Shown here: positions 55,214 through 64,000 of the stretch, piece after piece | Position numbering within the stretch: position 1 is the first letter of the stretch | How the letters are laid out: each line of letters begins with the position of its first letter | Source: Octopus vulgaris | Taxonomy: Eukaryota | Direction of reading: 5' to 3' | Assembly (NCBI GenBank): GCA_951406725.2 | Contig: OX597826.1 | Location: 49,166,001 to 49,230,000 of the forward strand | Length of the DNA: 64,000 nt | The notes under the pieces: model-generated | The model's database searches: none | What the model was told of the DNA's origin: nothing | Seen by the model: the letters and a program-made list of their open reading frames with translations, nothing else | Program-made: the position numbers and the translations under genes

Positions 55214-55974
55214 CATGCATATGCTCATACATATGTTCCTTGGGGGCTCCCACCAGCCCTGTGCCAAAAAAAGACACAACAGAAATTAAAGACTGACTAA
55301 CATCTCATCCAAAATGCTGTTTGTACTTCAAAACCCTGCTTGTCTTGTCACATATTTGTGTGTGTCTGTATATCTGTGTGTATGTGTGTGAGTGGAGTGA
55401 AAGAGAGAGAGTGAGAGAGGGCAGGGATGTTATTTTTTTTTTTTTAATTTCATTCTCACCACCACCACCACCAGCGCCACCGCCTCCTCCATGGCGGTGT
55501 GGTGTTGTGGTACTGGTGGTGTGTGCTGACTGCTGTTCTAACTAAATGAGCCATTTATTCTCCTATTTTCCTTTCTCTTTTATGGAATTGTTCTGGCTTA
55601 AAGAAAAGGGAAAGGGATACAACCAATATATATATATATATATACACAAAGAATATACATATACATATACATACCAAAGATTGCAGAATGTCAGAAACAA
55701 TAAAAGAATATATACGTACATTCTTTACATACATTTACATATATATTATATATGTGTATGTGTGTATATAAATATATATGTTTATACATACATACATGTT
55801 GCTGTCGTAGGATTCCACCACAGTGATGACAACCATCACCACGCGAATGACCGACTGCCAATACAAGAGCCTCTATGTAGCTGAAAGATGTGCTAGAAAT
55901 AGCGGTCTACTTTCCCTCGACTCACTACATGTAGTTGCTAGATATGGTAGAAATAGTAACCTAATTTTCCTCTG

Positions 55975-56200
55975 GAGTGTGTTTATTGAGTGAAAACACC
56001 TAAAAGCTCCACGAGGCTCCAGCAGGGGGGGTGGCGACCCCTGTTGTACTCTTTTGCTCCAACTTTCTCTCACTCTCTCTTCCTGTTTCTTGAATAACGC
56101 TGCAATGGACTGGCATCCCGTCCAGCTGGGGGGAACACATACACCACAGAAACCGAGAAACCAGGCTCATGAGCCTGGATAGGCTTGAAAAGGGTGCATA
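55975..56200 (+). mobile_element. SINE E, 5'-truncated
   Basis: Aligns to 53700-53925. Confidence 0.85.
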
Positions 56201-56291
56201 AAAAAATATGTATGCACATATATATGATGGGCTTCTTTCAGTTTCCTTCTACCAAATCCACTCACAAGGGTTTGGTTGGCCCGAGGTTATA

Positions 56292-56480
56292 GGGCCAATT
56301 TCCTGGTTTCATGGTGTATATATTCCTTCACCTTGATGGGACACCAGTCCATCACAGGATTAGTCAGTGAGTCGACTGGAGCAACATGAAATGAAGTGTT
56401 TTGCTCAAGAATACAAGTCATCGCCCGGTTCAGGAATTGAAATCACAATCTTACAATCTTACCACTAAGCCACATACCTC
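56292..56480 (-). mobile_element. Mosaic SINE (C head plus E tail)
   Basis: Same structure as 3119-3340. Confidence 0.7.
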
Positions 56481-57019
56481 TATGATGTGGCATGGACTAA
56501 ACAGAGAGAGAGAGATTACCCCTTTAGCTCTCAGATTAATATGTCGAATGTAACGTTTATTTATCACATCATTTGGAATTAATTCTGCATTATCTTGTAG
56601 CTTTGGAATGACATTGTAAGGTAGATATGAGAGGCCTGATCTGGCCAGTTGGAACATATGAAACAAGGATTACAAGACAAACTGATTATGATTAAAGAAT
56701 GTTGATCATAAGTCTCACAAAGACAGAGCAAACCTGGGGTTAAACAGCAACAATGACAACAAGTTTAAAAAATAACGAGAGACTTTAATTAAACAATATG
56801 CTAAGCAAAAGGGTGTTAAGATGAGTTGATGGGATGGGATGTTAATTATGATTATGACATCAATTAATAATCAAAATAACACCTTAATGTGTGTAAGGGT
56901 TAATAACAACATTACACTCTGTATTAGCTCTGTGTGTGTGTGTGTGTGTATTATATTTAATTGTCTATATCACTTCCCCTCCTTTACAAATTGGTGACCA
57001 ATGTAAGAAATTATTACCT

Positions 57020-57450
57020 TAGGCATTGTGATCATCATCACACTAGTAATTTTCATCAGAAGGATCATCAGAAGGATCATCATCATCATCATCAAGAACA
57101 TGATTGCCATTATCACCATTATTATCCTCATCATCATCATAATATTCATCATCATAGTTGTCGTCATCGTCATCATCATCATCATGCTCACTATCATCAT
57201 CTTTATTATTATCATCATCATCATCATCATCATCATTACCATCATCAGCATTATTGCTGTCATCATCATATTACCACCACCTCCACCATCATCATCATCA
57301 TTGCCACCACCATCAGTGTCACAGTCATTAACATTATCAATGTCATTCTCATCATTGACATCATCATCACCATCAGCGCCATCACCATCAGCATCATCAT
57401 CGTCATCGTCATCATCATCGTTGAAACCATCGTGAGAGAGGTCATCATCT
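57020..57450. repeat. Degenerate (CAT)n trinucleotide tract; a similar tract lies at 60380-60720
   Basis: Read directly. It is open in most frames, giving spurious poly-H/I/S/D/M ORFs. Confidence 0.9.
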
Positions 57451-57531
57451 GCAAACATTAAATCACATTATCAGAAATCTTAACTCAGTCCAAATCACTT
57501 AATTACTCTTAATAGGTCATTACTGCCTTCA

Positions 57532-57563
<32 letters not shown>

Positions 57564-57649
57564 ACACATGCACGCATGTGTCAATGTATGTGTGTGTGTG
57601 GAACACAAAATTAATACAAATAGCAAATAAGTTCAGTAACAACAACAAC

Positions 57650-57693
<44 letters not shown>

Positions 57694-58164
57694 TAGTAAT
57701 GATAATAATAATAATAATTAGGATGATGATGTCGATAATAATCATATAATCAGGCACCCCCTCCTAAACAAAAAAACAAAAATGCAACAATTATTATTAC
57801 CACAACAACAACAACAACAAAACCAGATGGAATTCTCTTTGGGAACCAAAGCAATTCTCTTTTCTCTTGGTCAATAAACCATTATTCTTACGTAGCACCC
57901 ACTGTCACTATCTCCTCTTCTCTCTCTCTCTCCCCATCACACACACACACACAGACATGCACCACCTCATATTTATATATATGAATATATGAATATATAC
58001 ACACTCACATTCATATATATATATACATATATATACACTCATATGTGTTTGTGTGTGTGTGTGTGTATTTGTAGTTTCTAGTACCACTTTGTCATATATC
58101 CTGACCACTTTAGTAAATAGACAAGAAATTTCTTCTCTTTCTTCTTCTCCTTCTTCTCTTTCTT

Positions 58165-58235
<71 letters not shown>

Positions 58236-58263
58236 TACTATTATTATTATTATTATTATTATT

Positions 58264-58564
58264 ATTCAAATTCCATTGAGGTCGACTTTGCCTTTCATCC
58301 TTTCAGGGTCAATAAATTAAGTACCAGTGAAACGCTGGGGTCGATGTTAATTGACTCAAAATTTTAGGCCTTGTGCCTTTAGGACTATCATTATTATCAC
58401 TCCAGCTTTATGCTCTAGGGTCAAATTCTACCAGGGTCCACTTTGCCTTTCGTCCTTTGAGCACTGGGATCAGAGTAATCAACTGACCCTTTCCCCCAAA
58501 ATTGCTGGCCTTGGGTTACAATTTGAAATTATTATTATCATCGTTATCATCATCATCATTATCC

Positions 58565-58600
<36 letters not shown>

Positions 58601-58945
58601 CACTGAAGTCGACTTTACCTTTCACTTTTTTGGGGGTCAATAAATTAAGAACCAGTGAAACACTGGGGTCGAAGTAATCAGCTAGTCCCTTCCCCCAAAA
58701 TTTCAGCCTTTGTGCCTTTCGTAGACAATATTATTATTGTTGTTATTATTATTATTATTACTGCATGCTGGATGAAAAGCTTAGCAGTATTTTGCCCATC
58801 GCTATGTTCTGAGTTCAAATTCTGCTAAGGTCGATTTTGTCTTTCATCCTTTTGGGGTCGATAAAATAAGTACCAGTTATGCACTGGGGTCAATGTGTTT
58901 GACTCATCCTCACCTCCCCCAAGCTTCCCTTGTGGCAAAAAATAT
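58264..58945 (+). mobile_element. Head-to-tail array of 4 SINE A copies separated by (ATT)n
   Basis: GTCGACTTTGCCTTTCATCC-type cores at about 58280, 58435, 58610 and 58830, each followed by (ATT)n. Confidence 0.85.
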
Positions 58946-58955
58946 CATTGTTATT

Positions 58956-58986
<31 letters not shown>

Positions 58987-59286
58987 TCATTATTATTATT
59001 ATTTGTTACTGTTGTTGTCGTTCATAAAGCTGTTAGTATGAGGCTTGGTGAAGTGGAGGAGGTTGAATAAGTGATGATGATGACAAAGATATCTACATCT
59101 TTGATGGGTTTTGTTGTTGTTGTTGTTACTGCTTGTCTGTTTTATTTTTCTTTTCTGTTTTTTTTTTTGGTTTGTTTTTCTCTTTAGTATTTTAATAGAA
59201 ATTCTTCTTAGCATCACCATTGTCTTTTTTTGGGTTTTGTTTGTTTTCTTTCTTTTGAGCACCAAGAGCTAACAAGAGACAGGGAG

Positions 59287-59320
<34 letters not shown>

Positions 59321-59348
59321 GGACAGACAGACAGACTAACAGAAACCA

Positions 59349-59392
<44 letters not shown>

Positions 59393-60001
59393 GAACAGAC
59401 AATGACAGAAAGACTAACACACAGAGACTCTGTGTGTGTGTGTGTGTGTGTGTGAGGGAGAGGGGGAGAGAGACATACAGAGAGACAGAGAGAGAGGGGA
59501 AGAACTGACGGAGAACCACACTGACAGAAAGACACAAAGATAGATTGTGTGTGTGTATTGGTGAGGAGGAGGTGTTAATGATGATGATGGTCGTAGTGGT
59601 GTGTGTGTGTGTGTGTCTGTATGAGAGAGAGAGAGAGAATGGAGGGGGTGCAGAGAAGGGGGAAAATGATGTATGGTGCGATGTATGTAAAAGCATTAAT
59701 AAACGAGAAAGAATGAAAGCAGAGACAGAAATGTTAAGTTAATAAGTTCTTTGGTTCCGTCTGCGTCTGCGACATTACCAAAGAGAGCCCTGCCATGAAT
59801 CTGCACTAAAGAAAGAGACAGACAGACACACAGACAGACAAAGAGACAAACAGAAGCCAAAATGGCCTTAGGTGCTACTGAGAGTAACAAGGGGAACTCT
59901 AGTAGTGGTGGTGGTGGTGGTGGTAGAAGGGAGGGACAAAATTATGTCAAGTACCAAATAACAACAGGTTCTCAGGTTCAATTCTGACATTGCTCCACTT
60001 A

Positions 60002-60039
<38 letters not shown>

Positions 60040-63000
60040 TAAAAGCTTTTGTTTTGTGCCTTATTTCTTTCTTCTTCTTCTTCTTGGCTGGAGGAAGTAA
60101 GTGATAAAGTGGTGGAGGAGGGTGGTGGTGGTGGGGCAGAGCAGGTTAATTGCTTTTAATAAGCACTTCAATTGTTAATGTACTTGTCTCTCTCTCTCTC
60201 TCTCCATCCAGCTAAGATTGTAACTAGAATGCAACAAGAATCTTGGGGCAGTGCTAGTCGTCCCCATCCCCACCTGTCACCTGTTACATCCCCCCACCTC
60301 CACCCGCAACTCCACCCCACCTCACTCCCCCAACGGCACCCAGGACTTCAATAGCTATTATTCTGAACCTCATTGTAATTGATGTCATCACCGTCATCAT
60401 CATCATCAGTTATCCTCACTGTCGTAATGGTTGTCGTCATCACCATCTATCCTCCTCATCATTATTGTCACCAACACTACCACGAACCATCATCATCATT
60501 ATCACCACCTCCTCACCAATACCACCGTTACCACCACTGCCACCACCGCCATTGTCATCATCATCATCTTCATTCTCATCATCATCACAACCACCACCAC
60601 CACCACCTTCTTCATTACCATCACCACCTCCATCATCACTGCCGCCATCATCTTCATCTTTACCATCATTATCATCACCACCATCATCGCCATCATTATC
60701 ATCATCATGTTCTTTGTCATGGCTGACAATGTCATCATGCAGTATTCTTTGTCAAGTGTTTCAGACCAAAGTGGGCAAAGTGAGGGTGGAGAGCAGCATG
60801 ATGGGGATGGAAGTGTGTATATGTGGCAGGGCGGGGGTAGGGGGAGAGTGTTTTTTTTCTTTGTTTTTTAAAGTACAGCTCTAACTACTTTACATTAAGT
60901 CACTGACTGATTCAACAAGTGCCAACAAGGAGGCCTCCGCACAGTCACTTGCCTTGCTAGAAACAGCAGTTGAAATATCTCTCCTTCAAATCGTCTTTAA
61001 ATTAACGGAAAGGGGAAAAATCATACTCATATTGGAAGATGTTGTCCGAGATATACTATGCTCAAAAGAAAATTGGAAAACAAGCGAGATGGTCCTGGAT
61101 GAATTGTCTGTGATGCTAGTGTATATTTGTGAGATGAGAGCTGACTTAGAGATAAATAAAAATGATTTATTAATACAACACCTTTGCCATCCGACCTCTC
61201 CACCTGTTCTTGTTTTCTTCAAGACATCTTAAGAAATTCAACTTTCATATCTGAAGAATTTCCAACTCTTACTAGCATCTTGATATGGATGTTACAGGAT
61301 GATGATAATGATAGAATCTAAACCAAAATCTCAGATTTTCCAAAAATAAACCAGGAATAGTTGACAGGGTATTTACCAATATTTCTGTTGTTGTTTTTAT
61401 CAAACTAGCATTGGGAGGGGCATCAAGATGTGGAAACTGTACCAAAGCTTCTTGCTCAATGGATTATGTCAACCGTCCAACCCATGCCAGCATGGAAGAC
61501 AGACATTAAAAGATTAAAATGATGATGATTATGTTGAATGTAGCATTTGATAGAATGTGCGTTTTGGTGAATGAAGTAACTGGTACTGAACCGAACATGA
61601 AAGTATTTTATTCTTTATTCTTTGATATTGCTTACAAAAATATAGATTTTTAACTCAAAATCTTAATTTTGATCTTTGGGGCAGTGTAAAAAGCACCTGT
61701 GCCAATGCCTTGTAAGACAGGTCTCAGAGTGGATCCTTCAACCATCTACCACCACACCACCACCACCATCACTGCTGCTGCCATGTGTAGATTGCATATG
61801 GAGGAAGACATTTTTAAGGAGATATAGCTTGTATTATTAACATTTTCCAATTTCCTGTGTCATTATCTTCTATATTTTTTAGTACCTTCCTCTCTCCCTG
61901 TCTGGATAATGCCAGGGGTTAGGAAAAATTAGGGGATATGATGAAGAATTAAATCAAAAGTGTTATGCGCTGAAAGAATTTGGGAATTATGAATTTAGAT
62001 CAGGTTCATACACTCTCAAAAACAGGTTTTTCGGTTTCCATCCACCAAATCCACTCACAAGGCTTTAAATGACCTGAGGTTATAGTAAAAGACATTCGCC
62101 CAAGGTTCTATACAGTGGGACTGAACCTGGAACCATGTGCTTGGGAAGCAAACTTCTTACCACACAGCCATTGTGAATGTTTTGTATTTTCTATTCTCAT
62201 CATTTTGGAGTTGTCCTTCATTGAGATTCTTGTTCCATTAAAAGTTACACCTGTTGAGTAGATTCATAGTTTATAATGCTTTTGTTGTATATAAAATATG
62301 AATTATTTCAAAATGTTGGTTTACAACCAAATTTGCCTGCTGATAGAGTTTTTATCAATTTTTAAATTTCCCTATGTCCCCCATTTAAAATCTTCGTATT
62401 TAACCCTTCTAGAACCAACTCACTTCTATATAGTTTTTGCCGACCAAAATTCACCCACAAGAAATGAGGCAACTCAAAGTCAAGGAAAAATGACATTTGC
62501 CCAAGATACCATAGAATGGGATTGAAACCAGAACCTGCCCTCATAATTCCAACATGAACTTCTTAACTATTCACCCATACTGCTCCTACATCAACTCTAA
62601 AATTCTGTTATAGACATGTGGTCTGTTGCCAATATAAAAATTAATAAGAGTCATGATTGGTAAATTTGAGTCAAGTGGATGTTCCTCGGTTAAGAGTCTT
62701 CATTTCAGTTTGATATTTTATATGTATAGGTTATTGATCTGTTTCACTCTTTAATCAATCATTATTGTTAACAGGTTATCAATCAAGTTTTCTAATAAAT
62801 AGATACTGATTTCTATGTTTGTCATAACTGTAATAATAAATCTGTCATTGATAGCAATGTCATTCTAGAAATAAACAATCACATCATTGAAATCTTGAAG
62901 CTATTTCAGTGGAAAGTACTATAATAATATACCCCTACTAACCTACACTAGGTCCAACTAATTCCAGTTAAACCACTTGCACCTGGAAAGAATGCTACAA

Positions 63001-63364
63001 ACAATAATTTTTTACTTGAATGGGCTGTGGTACTCAAAGAATGACTGTAATATGAAATATCCTTTTTACTATAGACACAAGGCCTGAGATTTTGTGGGGG
63101 TTGCTTGTCAATTACATCGACCCTAGTACTTGACTGGTACTTATTTTATTGACCCCTGAAGGGAAAAGTCAACTTCAGCGGAATTTGAACTGTACTAGGA
63201 AGTATCATTGAATGCCTTTTCTAGGTGGTGCCTTTAAGTTAGGCCAGCTCTGACCAAAAACTTATCTGAGTATCTAAGATGCATAATGAAAGAAGAAATG
63301 TACTGTTTTTGGCATAAAAGCCATTTCATTCTCAAAGAATAACTTTTAAAAAATCACCCCAGGT

Positions 63365-63743
63365 TCATCATCATCATCAACCTTTAACGTCTGTTTTCTA
63401 TGCTGGTATGGGTTGGATGGTTTGAATACAGCTGGTAACCAGGAGAGCTGCACCAGCTTCCAGTCTGATCTGGCATAGTTTCTGCAGATGGATGCCCTTC
63501 CTAACACCGACCACTTTACAGAGTGTGCTGCATGCCTCCTTTGTGGCACTGGCACAGGCATTTTTGCAGGGTGCTATTACATGGTGCCGGCAGGGGTGCT
63601 TTTAGAAAAGGCATCAGCACGGAGCTCTTGCAGGCCACTGTTCTCCAGCTGAGGAAGTGGTATTAACACTTCTGCTGTGGAGGACGGGCCTTCTTGAGTA
63701 TAGCAAGGCACCAGGTATTTCGGTTCTTCATCATCTCCTCCAT
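63365..63743 (-). mobile_element. 3' end of an RTE-like LINE: ORF C-terminus plus 3' UTR with (GAT)n tail
   Basis: Minus 63743-63663 translates MEEMMKNRNTWCLAILKKARPPQQKC*, resembling the 'M..DR..WR..' end of RTE ORFs. It is followed by GTTAGGAAGGGCATCCA...CCAACCCATACCAGCAT...ACGTTAAA(GAT)n. A related fragment lies at about 61410-61530(+). Confidence 0.6.
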
Positions 63744-64000
63744 TCTACATGCATCTATCTATCTAGGTCATCCCTCAGGACGCCCCATTATTAGGGGTTT
63801 CGGCTGTGCATACTATAGGAGACACAGGGAACTGCTCCATGTGGTCCTGCAGTTTCCATCTAAATAGGAATATTATAAATATATATATATATATATATGT
63901 ACGTCAAATGAACTTCTTTCAGTTTCCATCTATGAAATCCAATCACAAGGCTCTGGTCAGTCCTGAGCTAAATAGGTACCATGCAGTGGGACTGAACCTG

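Noticed and set aside
59748-59784. Small hairpin TCTTTGGT...ACCAAAGA with a miR-9-like seed
   Set aside because: At 37 nt it is too short for a pre-miRNA, and the sequence beyond the seed does not match miR-9.
60954-61320. ORF 60954-61232 and a following possible terminal exon (DILRNSTF...RI*)
   Set aside because: The ORF mostly overlaps a family-G repeat, and the downstream frame has no homology or other support.

Overview
This is AT-rich, microsatellite-saturated, almost entirely non-coding eukaryotic DNA. It is most likely from a coleoid cephalopod (Octopus-like); this is inferred from the SINE repertoire and the extreme (TA)n/(AAT)n/(CAT)n load, not from a database match. I recognise no protein-coding gene, rRNA, intact tRNA or CRISPR array, and nearly all supplied ORFs are translations of simple repeats or SINEs. 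The window is dominated by several tRNA-derived SINE families (my labels A, B, C, E), another dispersed repeat (G), 3' ends of LINEs (one (TAA)n-associated Dong/R4-like, one RTE-like) and MITE-like inverted repeats. A CpG-retaining domain (about 7-17 kb) has a weak candidate minus-strand first exon at its left edge (about 6.4 kb) and weak plus-strand first exons at 13.8, 16.9 and 27.9 kb. The rest may be methylated intron of large genes whose coding bodies lie outside the window. I found no convincing new biological system. The best leads are a 76-bp-arm hairpin whose mismatches are all transitions (19.6 kb), two decayed hammerhead-ribozyme-like motifs (43.2 and 45.4 kb), a small GC-rich insert with HDV-ribozyme-like order (45.8 kb), and an ecosystem of nested, modular, microsatellite-targeting retroelements. 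Repeat boundaries are approximate unless target-site duplications (TSDs) are given.
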